NCBI GenBank assembly: GCA_963701095.1
Contig: OY969564.1
Location: forward strand, 1,856,001 to 1,920,000
From: an uncultured Methanoregulaceae archaeon
Lineage (GTDB): Archaea > Halobacteriota > Methanomicrobia > Methanomicrobiales > Methanospirillaceae
Length of the DNA stretch: 64,000 nt
Direction: 5' to 3'
Part shown: positions 39,260 through 49,513 of the stretch, in pieces
Numbering within the stretch: position 1 is the first letter of the stretch
Layout: each line of letters starts with the position of its first letter
Notes under the pieces: generated by a model
Databases searched by the model: none
What the model was told of the DNA's origin: nothing
What the model saw: only the letters and a program-made list of their open reading frames with translations
Made by a program: the position numbers and the translations under genes

Positions 39260-40107
39260 TGGCACTCTATACCCACCACCTGCCCGCATGGAAAAAAGAC
39301 GAGGTCGCGGAGATCAAGAAGCACGCCAAGGAATACACTCTGATCGGGCTTGTCGACATGTACGGAATTCCCGCGCAGCAGGTGCAGCAAATCCGCAGAA
39401 ATCTCCGGGGAAAAGCGGTTATCAAGGTGACGAGGAATACCTTGATCGAACACGCTCTCAACGAGATTGGCGGGGACACAAAAGGTCTTGTAAAGTTCAT
39501 ATCGGGTCATTCCGCAGTAATCTTCTCCAATGATAACCCGTTCAAGCTGTACAAGCAGCTCGAGAAGACCAAGACCAAAATGGCCGCAAAGTCTGGCGAA
39601 ACTGCACCCGAAGACATAGTTATCGAGAAGGGTCCCACAAGCTTCAAGCCAGGCCCCATAGTCGGGGAACTCCAGCAGGCGGGTATTCCTGCGGCAATTG
39701 AAGGTGGTAAGGTCAAGATCCGCGAGACCAAGACCGTTGTCAAGAAAGGCGCGGTTATATCAGCAAAGCTCGCTGATGTGCTCGTCAAGCTTGACATCAA
39801 GCCGATGGACGTCGGACTTGCCCTCCAGGTAGCATTCCACGATGGCAGCATCTACGAGCCGTCCGTGCTTGCCGTAGACGAGACAAAGGTCCTCGCCCAG
39901 CTCCAACTTGCCGGCCAGCAGGCGTTTAATCTGTCAGTGAACGCAGCTATTCCGACAAAGGAGACCATGGCACCGATCCTGACAAAGGCAGTCAGGGAGG
40001 CTCGTGCATTAGCGATCGACGCGTCAGTCTACGAAAAAGACGTTATCGATGCGATTATTGGTAAAGCCGAGAGAGAAAGCCAGGCGATAAAAACCTTGGT
40101 AAAATAA
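39259..40107 (+). CDS. rplP0: 50S ribosomal protein L10/P0 (short form)
   Basis: PAWK, QQIRRNLRG, RNTL, NPFKLY, GPTSFKPGP. Confidence 0.95.
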   Translation: MALYTHHLPAWKKDEVAEIKKHAKEYTLIGLVDMYGIPAQQVQQIRRNLRGKAVIKVTRNTLIEHALNEIGGDTKGLVKFISGHSAVIFSNDNPFKLYKQLEKTKTKMAAKSGETAPEDIVIEKGPTSFKPGPIVGELQQAGIPAAIEGGKVKIRETKTVVKKGAVISAKLADVLVKLDIKPMDVGLALQVAFHDGSIYEPSVLAVDETKVLAQLQLAGQQAFNLSVNAAIPTKETMAPILTKAVREARALAIDASVYEKDVIDAIIGKAERESQAIKTLVK

Positions 40108-40132
40108 AAAGAGTATTTGAGGTGAATTAAAG

Positions 40133-40444
40133 ATGGAGTATATCTATGCAGCACTTCTCCTGCACAAAGCAGGCAAGAAGATCGATGAGAACGGCGTCAA
40201 GGCAGTCCTTACCGCCGCAGGTGTAGCAGCAGACGAATCACGGATTAAGGCGCTTATTGCCGTCCTTGATGGCGTTAACATCGAAGAGGCAATCAGTAAG
40301 GCAGCCGCAGCACCTGTTGCCGTTGCCGCCGCAGCACCCGCTGCCGCCCATGCCGCAGCACCCGCCAAAGAAGAGCACAAGGAAGAAGACAAGAAAGCAG
40401 AAGAAGAGAGCGGCATGGCAGGGCTTGGCGCCCTGTTCGGCTAA
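40133..40444 (+). CDS. rpl12: 50S ribosomal protein L12 (aP1)
   Basis: [11 protein letters not shown]..Ala-rich hinge..[14 protein letters not shown]. Confidence 0.97.
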   Translation: MEYIYAALLLHKAGKKIDENGVKAVLTAAGVAADESRIKALIAVLDGVNIEEAISKAAAAPVAVAAAAPAAAHAAAPAKEEHKEEDKKAEEESGMAGLGALFG

Positions 40445-40447
40445 ATC

Positions 40448-40455
40448 TTTTTTTT
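40448..40455 (+). terminator. Oligo-T terminator after rpl12
   Basis: T8 run after the stop codon. Confidence 0.55.
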
Positions 40456-40540
40456 ATAAAATCATTATCCGTTGTTTATCGTTTCCGGGGCCGATCGTCA
40501 CGGTACCCGCTTGCCTTCTTGAATCTGAATTCAGGAAGAA

Positions 40541-41539
40541 TCAGATTGGGACCCCGACGTAGATGTTATTTTTTGTCGCGACAATCCTGACCCGTACCTG
40601 TCCTGAACTTTTGTCACAACCAAAAACAGATATCACCCGGTTTCTTGAGATCCCCAGCATTTCGCCGTGGATCCAGCCCGGAGCCATAATCTCTACGGTT
40701 GCCTTCTCGCCTTTTTTAAATACCTGCGGGAGTGAAGGGCGCCGGATGGTCCCAAAATCCCGTTTAGGATCGAGACGGAGGCAAAGACCAGATGTTTTTT
40801 CCCAGTCTTTTATGCTACGGTTAAAAAACTGCCACCAGCTCTGAACTTTTATTCCGTTAGGTGTCCGCCCGTACTTGTATCGCTCGAACTTCTGGATACC
40901 AAGTGGAGGAAAACGTTTTCCCGCCCCGCATTCCTTTGCAAAATCTATCAGCTTCGGAATCTCTGCATCGTTGATGCCAGGCATGTAGACCGGAGCAATG
41001 AGGAGATCGATGGTACTTTTTGCCACTGCCTGCGCAACTTGGGTTACCTTGTTTATATCATACTCATCCACACCGGCCAATTCCCGTGCAAGCACAGGAT
41101 CCAATGCGTGAAGTGAGAGATTCACCCGGTCCAGGCCTGCTTTTGCAAGTGCCGCGATTTTTGCATCGTCGAGAAGTGTACCATTTGTCTGGAGTGAGAC
41201 AACCGTAACAGAATCGGTGGATTTTAGCGCCGCGACCAGTTCGGGAAGCTGGTGGTACATGAGAGGTTCTCCGGGAGAATCGATGTGACATTCGACTCCC
41301 GGACCTTTAAACGGGGCGATCTCCTCAATTGCAGAGAGAAGATATTTGAGTTCAACCTCGTATGTCGTTGCACGGGTTGTCGAACATGGCCCGGCATCGA
41401 CAGAACAGAACGGGCAGTTTAAGTTGCAGCCACAGCTTGGCCGCACTTGTAGAATGCTTGTACCCCGGTCAATAACGCCAAAATAGAGGGAACCGACGAG
41501 GGGAATACCGGAATCCTCCGTTATGCGGACATGGGTCAT
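40541..41539 (-). CDS. Radical SAM protein with C-terminal TRAM-like domain (COG2100-like)
   Basis: GIPLVGSLYFGVIDRGT, CNLNCPFC, GEP, QTNG. Confidence 0.88.
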   Translation of the reverse strand: MTHVRITEDSGIPLVGSLYFGVIDRGTSILQVRPSCGCNLNCPFCSVDAGPCSTTRATTYEVELKYLLSAIEEIAPFKGPGVECHIDSPGEPLMYHQLPELVAALKSTDSVTVVSLQTNGTLLDDAKIAALAKAGLDRVNLSLHALDPVLARELAGVDEYDINKVTQVAQAVAKSTIDLLIAPVYMPGINDAEIPKLIDFAKECGAGKRFPPLGIQKFERYKYGRTPNGIKVQSWWQFFNRSIKDWEKTSGLCLRLDPKRDFGTIRRPSLPQVFKKGEKATVEIMAPGWIHGEMLGISRNRVISVFGCDKSSGQVRVRIVATKNNIYVGVPI

Positions 41540-41565
41540 TTTTTATGCCCGCCTGGAACTGTTGA

Positions 41566-41994
41566 CTATGACCTGAATCTGCAACCCTGCCATTTTCCTC
41601 GGAATATCACCGGGCGAGGATCGTCCATCTGCGGAAGAAGATATTCAAATGCATCTTTGTCGACCGGCTTTTTTCCATTCTTCCTGCAGAACTGGGCAAA
41701 AGTGTCGTACATAATGTCCAGGGGGACGGAACCCGAAGGATCGGCCACGAGCATTTTCTGGTGGAACTCCCAGATACCTTCGAATTCCACATCATCATCT
41801 TTAAGAGGCTTGACAATCCCGAAGTTGAGTTCTGCACTAATACTTTTTTCGTCAGCCTGGGCTTTTATCTGCAGAAAATAATCATGCACGGCCGCAAGCC
41901 CTTGCCGGAGCTCGATCAGTTCATGTTCCAGACTCTGGAGCCTTTTTTCCTGTTCCTGAATGATGTCCAGCGGATACATCGCAGCTGATCTCAT
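41566..41994 (-). CDS. Hypothetical protein: coiled coil + winged-helix-like domain
   Basis: EQEKRLQSLEHELIELRQGL; C-term GSVPLDIMYDTFAQFCRKNG..AF..L..WQGCRF; start uncertain. Confidence 0.6.
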   Translation of the reverse strand: MRSAAMYPLDIIQEQEKRLQSLEHELIELRQGLAAVHDYFLQIKAQADEKSISAELNFGIVKPLKDDDVEFEGIWEFHQKMLVADPSGSVPLDIMYDTFAQFCRKNGKKPVDKDAFEYLLPQMDDPRPVIFRGKWQGCRFRS

Positions 41995-42053
41995 CTTTGT
42001 ACTTCCGCGAAGATAAAATGCTTGCATTTCTGGATTTTTCCGGTGGCTGGATG

Positions 42054-44288
42054 TTATTTCTGCTGCATAAGAAGATTACCAGCCCAGACGCATTGACCAA
42101 AAGAGACACAGCCATCCCCCGGGGGATAGTCTTGATTGATAAGAAGGTAAAGACCAGCATCAGTGATTTCCGTACGGATCGTCTCACGGATGGCCCGGTT
42201 AACAACCACGCCCCCGCTCAGGGCTACAAGGCGTGTGTCGTTGCGTTCTGCTGCATGGATGGCCAGTGCAGCAATTCCTCGGGCGAGGTTGTACTGGATT
42301 GATGCTGCAATATCCCTGATGGCGTTTCTGTCCTTGTACTGTGAGCTGTTCAATCGGGAAAAGGCCGTTTTAAGGATGGCCCGGGTGGAGAGCACTTCAC
42401 ACCCTCCGGAGCGGGAGAAGACAAGTTCCCACGTTTCCGGCACGCCACCTGCAGCTGCTGATTCAAGTTTCATTGCTGGTTCTCCATCGTAAGTGCGTTC
42501 CCGACAGATTCCAAGTAAAGCACTTGCTGCATCGAGAACCCGGCCTGTGCTGCTTGTCATCATGACATTGAACCGGCTCGCAACCTGTTTTTTAAGAACC
42601 CCCAGTTCGACAGCGGACCAGCCTCGGTCACCAAAAAGAGTTAGGCAATCGTCTTCCTGAATAATGCCATAGAGCATCCGCTCGGGGAACCTGGTGGCAA
42701 GATCCCCGCCTGGCATCTGTACCTGTTCAAGGTGGCCGACCCGGTCAAGATTAGGGACCTGTCCAGAGAAGATCTCGCCCCCCCATACAGTGCCATCGTC
42801 TCCATATCCTACGCCGTCTATGGCAATACCGATGCAGGGCTTGGTCGTTGTCGCCGCTATATGTGCACGATGGTGCTGAACGGGAACAAGCCCGATCCCC
42901 CGCTCTTCTGCAATCTCTTTTGCAAAGCGAGTGGAGAGAAACTGGGGATGGAGATCGTGAGCGACCAGATCGAACTCTGCCCCCAGAAGTCTCTGTAGTT
43001 TCGCTACGGTTTCCTGGAGATGTGCTAGCGTTGCGGGGTTCCTGACGTTTCCTACGTGGGGGGAGGTAACGGCAAATCCCGCTTTATAGATCGTTGCGTT
43101 CGCATTCAGTTCAGGGCCTACACCAAGAATACAGCTGGGGCCAAGATCTATCGCTGTACGTTTTGGGGCAATTCCTCGGGAAAGACGCAAGATAACAGCG
43201 TCGCGGATTACCGAGTCGTCAACACGATTTTGTATAGTCCGGTTGTGGACAAGGAAATAATCTGCATCTTTTGCAAGTCTTGCGAGAGCTTCTTTGGTGT
43301 CAGTGATCATCGGGTAGCCCGGCATGTTTGCGCTTGTCATGATGAGCAGGGGGTGACACAGGTGTGAGAAAAGGAGATGGTGGAGCCCGGAATAGGGAAG
43401 CATGCACCCGATAGTATGTAGGTTGCTAATAGAGCAATGAGAAGAAGGATCGCATTTTTCAAGCACAACGATGGGATGTACGGGGCTTTCAAGTAACGCT
43501 CTTTCTTTTGGGGAGACACGGGCAATCTCATCAATATATCCCGGGCGTACCATCACGGCAAAGGGTTGCTCCACGCGACCGAGTCGTGTTTTCAGCTCAC
43601 CAGAGGATTCCTCAATGCAGGCTAGGTGGAACCCACCGATTCCCCGGATCGCAAGGATTTTTCCTGCATCAAGCAGTGATGCAGCTGAACGGATCGGGTC
43701 ACCACAGGGGATTTCCCTTCCGGTTCCATCCATAAGCTGAAGCCCGGGTCCACAGGTCAGGCAGGCAATGGTTTGTGCATGGTGACGCCGGGAATGTGGA
43801 TCGCTGTATTCCTCGGCACAGGCAGCACACATCGGGAATTTATCCATGGACGTTCTTTCACGGTCATAGGGAATTGCTTGTATGATACTGTACCGAGGCC
43901 CGCAGTTGACACAGGAAGTGGCCCAGTACCTCTCATATCTCCCGCCAGAAGAAAAAATATCTGAAACACAATCGTCGCAGATCGCGATATCGGGGGGGAT
44001 CATTCCGGAGAACGAGCCTGTCCCGCTCTTTTTTATAACAAAACCATCGGAGATATCAACATCTGTTGTTGTTACATCGACAGAATCGATCCGGGACATT
44101 GGCGGACCCTGCGAGACTGCTGCAAGGAAATCGGCGAACCGCTCACCCCGGGCGTAGATCTCTACTTCGCTTCCGAGATTTTTTACTGAGCCTGCTATTC
44201 CAAACTCACAGGCTTTGGCATAAACAAAAGGGCGGAACCCGACACCCTGAACGATGCCGCGAACCGAAATTCTGCCTTTTGTCTGCAT
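42054..44288 (-). CDS. hypF: [NiFe]-hydrogenase maturation carbamoyltransferase HypF
   Basis: GIVQGVGFRPFV, CDDC..CVNCGPRY, CAAC..CLTCGP, GIGGFHL, TSAN, QHHRAH, LSGGV, DGCVSFGQ. Confidence 0.96.
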   Translation of the reverse strand: MQTKGRISVRGIVQGVGFRPFVYAKACEFGIAGSVKNLGSEVEIYARGERFADFLAAVSQGPPMSRIDSVDVTTTDVDISDGFVIKKSGTGSFSGMIPPDIAICDDCVSDIFSSGGRYERYWATSCVNCGPRYSIIQAIPYDRERTSMDKFPMCAACAEEYSDPHSRRHHAQTIACLTCGPGLQLMDGTGREIPCGDPIRSAASLLDAGKILAIRGIGGFHLACIEESSGELKTRLGRVEQPFAVMVRPGYIDEIARVSPKERALLESPVHPIVVLEKCDPSSHCSISNLHTIGCMLPYSGLHHLLFSHLCHPLLIMTSANMPGYPMITDTKEALARLAKDADYFLVHNRTIQNRVDDSVIRDAVILRLSRGIAPKRTAIDLGPSCILGVGPELNANATIYKAGFAVTSPHVGNVRNPATLAHLQETVAKLQRLLGAEFDLVAHDLHPQFLSTRFAKEIAEERGIGLVPVQHHRAHIAATTTKPCIGIAIDGVGYGDDGTVWGGEIFSGQVPNLDRVGHLEQVQMPGGDLATRFPERMLYGIIQEDDCLTLFGDRGWSAVELGVLKKQVASRFNVMMTSSTGRVLDAASALLGICRERTYDGEPAMKLESAAAGGVPETWELVFSRSGGCEVLSTRAILKTAFSRLNSSQYKDRNAIRDIAASIQYNLARGIAALAIHAAERNDTRLVALSGGVVVNRAIRETIRTEITDAGLYLLINQDYPPGDGCVSFGQCVWAGNLLMQQK

Positions 44289-44345
44289 GTGTGTGTCGCA
44301 AAAATTTATTGAATTATACCTCCATATATGTATAGGGTTTTTACT

Positions 44346-44858
44346 GTGCCGGGTCACATTCGAATTGTCAACGATCCTGTTGAACTTGTTCCGCTCCTCA
44401 TGACGTTTAATAGTCCTGCGTTCAAGAAGGTGTACGAACTGCTGAGTAAATCGTGGATGACCGAAGAAGAACTCCAGGCGCAGGTAAAAGATGAATCGGT
44501 CCCGCTCTGCCTGCAGGTTTTAAAGAAAGGGAACCTTGTCGAGGAGCAGTGGAGGATGCCAAAACCCGGTGAAAAACCCCTAAAGGAGTTCCGGGGAACA
44601 TATAACAAGTTTCGTGCAAATTTCCAGTGCAACCTGCAGGATCTCTCAGATATTCTCTACATCTCGCTTTCAAACGATGAAAACCTTCGCGAAATTGTCG
44701 GCCAGATAGAAGCGGAAATGGTAAACGGCAATACATCTATCAGCGATCTCTCCCGGAAATTTGGTGTCAGCCCGGTGTTCATCCGGGGTCTTGCAAAGAG
44801 GATACCTCATCTTGACGTAAAGGGACAGGGACTGGTGCTGCTTGATACAGGACGCTAA
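44346..44858 (+). CDS. Archaeal ArsR-like/winged-helix protein (COG4860-like)
   Basis: IVNDPVELVPLL..WMTEEEL..QWRMPKPGEKP..ANFQC; GTG start inferred. Confidence 0.7.
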   Translation: MPGHIRIVNDPVELVPLLMTFNSPAFKKVYELLSKSWMTEEELQAQVKDESVPLCLQVLKKGNLVEEQWRMPKPGEKPLKEFRGTYNKFRANFQCNLQDLSDILYISLSNDENLREIVGQIEAEMVNGNTSISDLSRKFGVSPVFIRGLAKRIPHLDVKGQGLVLLDTGR

Positions 44859-45651
44859 GGATCCCCTCTTTTCAATCCTGCGAAGCAAACGCGAAGTATC
44901 CCGTTTACAGATTCTGGTCGAAATTGCTGAGCACCAGCCTGCGGTGCGCCAGCAGGAGATCGCAACAAAACTCGGTGTTACGCCACAGGCGATTTCTGAA
45001 TACATTCGTGAGCTCACTGAAGAGGGCATGGTTTCGGCGAGCGGTCGCGGCAATTACGAAGTAACCAAAGCCGGTATTGAATGGGTGCTTGCAAATGCTG
45101 AATCGTTGGAAGCCTATGCCCGGCATATCCGGCGCGATATCATCCAGCAGGTCTCTATCTGGACCGCAATAGCCGCTGAAAATCTCAGGGCAGGCGACGA
45201 GGTCGGGGTTTTCATGAAGGGTGGGTTTTTGTTTGCGACAAAAAAATCCCAGCAGGCAACGGGATCAGTCGTTGCTGATGCAAAAAAAGATGAGGATGTA
45301 GGTGTAGCCCGCCTGAACGGCATTATCGAGCACCATGAAGGGAACATCACTATCTGTAAAGTGCCTCGTATTCAGCATGGGGGTTCGCGCCGGGTACAAC
45401 TTGAACAATTAAAGGATCTCGTCCGTCAGGCCGGTATGGTCTCCGCCGTCGGACTTGAGGCATACATCTCCCTTAAGATCGCAGGACACAAACCTGATTT
45501 GTTCTTTGGAGCGCGGGAAGGGGTTATTGAAGCCGCATTCCACGGGATTGATTGCGTGATTGTAATTGTCGACGAGGAGTTTACGGATTTCTTAAAAAGG
45601 CTCGAAGGTGTCGGACTTTCCTATACTATTATCGATCTGATCACTCCATGA
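44842..45651 (+). CDS. Winged HTH transcriptional regulator (COG1497-like)
   Basis: QILVEIAEHQP..QQEIATKLGVTPQAISEYIREL..G..YEVT. Confidence 0.85.
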   Translation: MIQDAKDPLFSILRSKREVSRLQILVEIAEHQPAVRQQEIATKLGVTPQAISEYIRELTEEGMVSASGRGNYEVTKAGIEWVLANAESLEAYARHIRRDIIQQVSIWTAIAAENLRAGDEVGVFMKGGFLFATKKSQQATGSVVADAKKDEDVGVARLNGIIEHHEGNITICKVPRIQHGGSRRVQLEQLKDLVRQAGMVSAVGLEAYISLKIAGHKPDLFFGAREGVIEAAFHGIDCVIVIVDEEFTDFLKRLEGVGLSYTIIDLITP

Positions 45652-47725
45652 AAATCCTTGTTCAGCAGGTCAAAGGCAGTTATAAACTCCTCTTTTACGA
45701 CGGAAAGCATGTCCGTGGTGTTGGTATTACCGAGATGACCGACACCCCAAAAGGGCCCCGGCCCGTCAGGTACCGGCTCCGTTGGGGATCTCACAAAGAA
45801 TACAAGGCAACACCCTCCAAGGATCTTATTGGCCAGCTACGGGAGGGGGAAGTCCGGATGGTCAAACCGGATCCCCTGTTTGAGAAATTCCTTCACGCAT
45901 TCCAGATCCGGACCGGTGCTGTCAGCGCGTGCCGGATTTGTCTTCTCGATGACCGGTACACGCCTCTTACTGACGACAATTTCGTCATCTTTGGAAAAAA
46001 TGAAAAAATCTGTCTTGAATGTGGGCGCCGGGAACTCCGGCGTGAGCTTGCACCTATCGGACATATGAGCCGGGACACGCTCCGGCATTTCGAAGAACTG
46101 CTGGTATCTACCAGAAACCTTGACCGCGTACTTGCGCTTGTCCAGCCCGAAAAACTCTCGATGAAGTCCGCTCTCTTTGACCGGATCGAAGCCCACCCGG
46201 TGCTTGATACGGCAAAGATTAGTGAGCTTCCACTCCCTCACGCCTTTGTCACCGCCTCCCAAGTTGAAGCGCTCATGCCTGCCCAGCAGTTGGCAGTGGA
46301 TGCAGGTCTGCTTTACGGAAAAGATCTCCTCGTGGTTGCGGCTACTGCGAGCGGTAAAACGTTTATCGGTGAGATGGCGGGGATGAAAAATTACCTCGCC
46401 GGCAGGGGCAGGATGCTTTTTTTAGTCCCTCTTGTGGCCCTTGCAAACCAGAAGTATGAACGGTTTACCGAGCGGTATGGTACACTTGCAAAAACTGGGC
46501 TCCTGACTGGTGTCTCGCGCCTCAACCTTCCCGAGACCCGCAAGGTCGGTGACCGGAACCCGATGGCCCCGATCTTAGTAGGGACCTACGAAGGACTTGA
46601 CAACATGATCCGGTGCGGCCAGAAGATGCAGAACATAGCCACGGTAATCATCGACGAGGTCCAGATGCTTGAGGACCCGGAACGGGGCCACCGGCTCGAT
46701 GGCCTTATAGCGCGCCTTAAGTACCTGGCACCTCAGGCACAGTTCCTCTATCTTTCCGCAACTATCGGATTACCAAAGACACTTGCAAAAAAACTCAACT
46801 GCCAGCTCGTCCGGTATGACGACCGGCCAGTCGCGCTCGAACGCTACCTTCTTTTTACAGAGCGCAAGCAGAAGATCCCGACTATAAAGAAACTGACTAC
46901 CGAAGAATATACAAACACGTCCTCAAAAGGGTTCCGTGGCCAGACTATCATCTTTACCAATGCCCGGGCACGGTGCCACACGATTGCTGATGCACTCGGG
47001 ATGCGTGCAGCAGCTTACCACGCTGGTCTCACCTCACAGGAGCGCCGGGAGGTCGAGACTAAATTCCTTGGGGGCAAGCTGATGGCGGTTGTAACGACGG
47101 CAGCGCTCGGAGCCGGCGTTGATTTCCCCGCGTCACAGGTTATATTCGATGCCCTAGCTATGGGCAGGGACTGGCTTTCCGTGCAGGAGTTTAACCAGAT
47201 GGCAGGTCGGGCCGGACGGCCAGACTTTCACGACTTAGGAAAAGTCGTGCTTCTTGCAGAACCCGGGGGAGCTATTCCCGTGAGAACTCGCTTACCGAGG
47301 AGGAAGTGGCGATGCGCCTTCTCAAGGGGGTGATGGAGGAAGTTTCGCCTGTTCACGATCTCGAACAAAGCTCCGAGGAATATGTGGCAAATGCCGTTGC
47401 CTGCGGCGGTGAGGAATCCGATCTTAACCGTACCAACGCCATGATGGTGGGAAGCCTGGAACCGGTGCTCCCGGAGCTTGTGAAACACCGGCTTGTGCAA
47501 AAACAGGGAACGAAAATAGAACTAACTCCGCTTGCACGGGTGATGTCAGAGCATTTTATCGGGATAGAACGATTGCTTGAAATTATACGGCTTGTAGGGG
47601 AGATGGATGAACCCCTTGATATTATAGCGGAATTGGAAAGTGAAGGGATGGAAAAAGAGGAGCTGCAGAAAAAAGAAAAGAGGGGAAAGAATAACTGGAG
47701 CAAAAAAGGGCATGGAAAACGATGA
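45648..47725 (+). CDS. SF2 DEAD/DEAH-box helicase, archaeal COG1202-like (split by a 1-nt deletion near 47267)
   Basis: ATASGKT, PLVALANQK, IIDEVQ, LSAT, YHAGL, QMAGRAGR; one G at CCCGGGGG joins ORF 47306..47725. Confidence 0.88.
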
Positions 47726-47785
47726 ATCGGCGGGTCATGTGTGCCAAACTACTGGGGAGACATGACATTGGAATGAAATATCCCG

Positions 47786-48631
47786 TTATTTTGATCCTTC
47801 AGACCGGGCAATACAGATCCAATGGTCGTAGAACGCATCCTTGGGATTTTCCCTAATCTCGACATTCCGGCCAGCTTCGTTGCCCCATTCTTTTATCAGC
47901 AGTGCTTCAGGTTCCGTGCCAACGGTGATAAGTGCCTCGCCCGTCACGGAAAAGAGCCCGGCTGCAATCTGGTGCCACATTTCGGCCGAAAACGAATTGA
48001 TCTCGCCCATCATGATGCCGATACCTTTCACCACCGGCCGGGTGTATGCTTTAACCTGTGCCGCATCAATACACATAGTCTCTTCCGGGAGTAACCGGCC
48101 CTTCTCTATTCCCAGCGTAATAAGTGCCGGGTCGTTATCGAACGAGAGCGGAGTGTACCCGAGCTCACGTAATACGAGAGATCCCACTCCGGATCCGCAC
48201 CCACAGTCAATGCAGGTCTCATGTGACCCCATTCCCCAGACGCTTTCAATCATATCTGCAAGAGTGGTCTTTCGGGCGGGGTTAAGATCTTCCATGGCTG
48301 CCGGTCCTTCTCTGACCAGTTGGAGGGAGAAATATTCCCGGACGGCGGCTTCCCAGACCCCCCTGTCCTCTTGGAAAATTTCGCCGTTGACCTCCTCAAA
48401 CAAATCGATCAAGGCAACGTTTGGGTGCCGGCAGAGAAATGAGCCAGCGATCCAACCGGACTGCTCATGGAAGGCTACCGCTATGGGGTCGTCATTCTCA
48501 TCAACGAGCATACGCGCCTCATCACCGTTATCAATAGCGAGCAGGTCGGTGTAATACGGGTTGGAAAGTGCAGCAAACGACGGCTCGATGAACACAATCT
48601 CGTCTACTTCGAGAATTGTCGCGGCTTTCAC
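47786..48631 (-). CDS. Hypothetical protein with SAM-methyltransferase-like motif I
   Basis: CIDCGCGSGVGS..SFDND..IDA. Confidence 0.65.
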   Translation of the reverse strand: MKAATILEVDEIVFIEPSFAALSNPYYTDLLAIDNGDEARMLVDENDDPIAVAFHEQSGWIAGSFLCRHPNVALIDLFEEVNGEIFQEDRGVWEAAVREYFSLQLVREGPAAMEDLNPARKTTLADMIESVWGMGSHETCIDCGCGSGVGSLVLRELGYTPLSFDNDPALITLGIEKGRLLPEETMCIDAAQVKAYTRPVVKGIGIMMGEINSFSAEMWHQIAAGLFSVTGEALITVGTEPEALLIKEWGNEAGRNVEIRENPKDAFYDHWICIARSEGSK

Positions 48632-48636
48632 AGGGT

Positions 48637-49482
48637 CTATTCACCTCGGCCAATATGCATTCCATGTGGGGCCTCGATGATGCCGTCTATTTTGGCATCT
48701 TCGTGGAGGAAGATTTCCTTTGCTATTATATCACCGAGAACGTGGGCGCCTTTTTTAATGTACACCTTACCGTTGCTCTCGACATTTCCGTGAACTGTGA
48801 CACTACCCGCAACGCTGACCGTACCCCGCGATCGCAGGCTGCCGAAAATAACGGTTCCCTCAAGGATATCGATTGAACCAGCCCGGATATTTCCATGAAG
48901 CCGGCATTTCCTTCCTATTTTCATTGACGAGGGAACCGAAAAGACCTTCATGTTAAGTCGTGAACGTGCAGGGATCATAAGCGGTACCTCCACTTTTCCC
49001 TCGTCTTCAGTAAAGAGGTTGTCAAGGATCCGGTCGAGCTCCCGTTCGTTTTCTATCTTGAGCATCGTCATAAGATAGATGAGGATGAAGATAAGCACCG
49101 GCATCGGGTTTCGTACCGCGATCTCGCCGGTCGCTTCAAATCCCTGTCCAATTTCCACATTTTCGCCAATATCGAGCGTTCCGCTCACTACGAGCCTGCC
49201 GGCAATCTTTACACCTTCACCGATATATGCGTCCTGTTTTGCGATGACATCGCTTCCTATCTCGCAGAGATTGCCGATCCGTGCATCACCCTCTGCCCAG
49301 ACGTACTCTCGAATTTTAGTTGACTCGCCTACGTAGACATCAGCCCCCCGTAGACCATAATCGATCTGGCAGAATTCGCCAACCACGATATCCCGGTTGG
49401 TCTTAATGCTGTGTTCCTGAAGTTCCGTTCCATCGGGAAGGAGGCAGTGCCGGTGCCAATTCTTTATCGATTCCCCGCTCAT
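48637..49482 (-). CDS. Polymer-forming cytoskeletal (bactofilin-like beta-helix) protein, COG4801-like
   Basis: Two blocks of repeated V/I-x-G-x-V/I beta motifs separated by the hydrophobic helix PMPVLIFILIYL. Confidence 0.72.
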   Translation of the reverse strand: MSGESIKNWHRHCLLPDGTELQEHSIKTNRDIVVGEFCQIDYGLRGADVYVGESTKIREYVWAEGDARIGNLCEIGSDVIAKQDAYIGEGVKIAGRLVVSGTLDIGENVEIGQGFEATGEIAVRNPMPVLIFILIYLMTMLKIENERELDRILDNLFTEDEGKVEVPLMIPARSRLNMKVFSVPSSMKIGRKCRLHGNIRAGSIDILEGTVIFGSLRSRGTVSVAGSVTVHGNVESNGKVYIKKGAHVLGDIIAKEIFLHEDAKIDGIIEAPHGMHIGRGE

Positions 49483-49513
49483 CGATCACCCGCAGGTACG
49501 TTGTCCATTTGTA

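Noticed and set aside
40300..40400. GCC/GCA low-complexity repeats
   Set aside because: They encode the normal Ala-rich hinge of aP1/L12.
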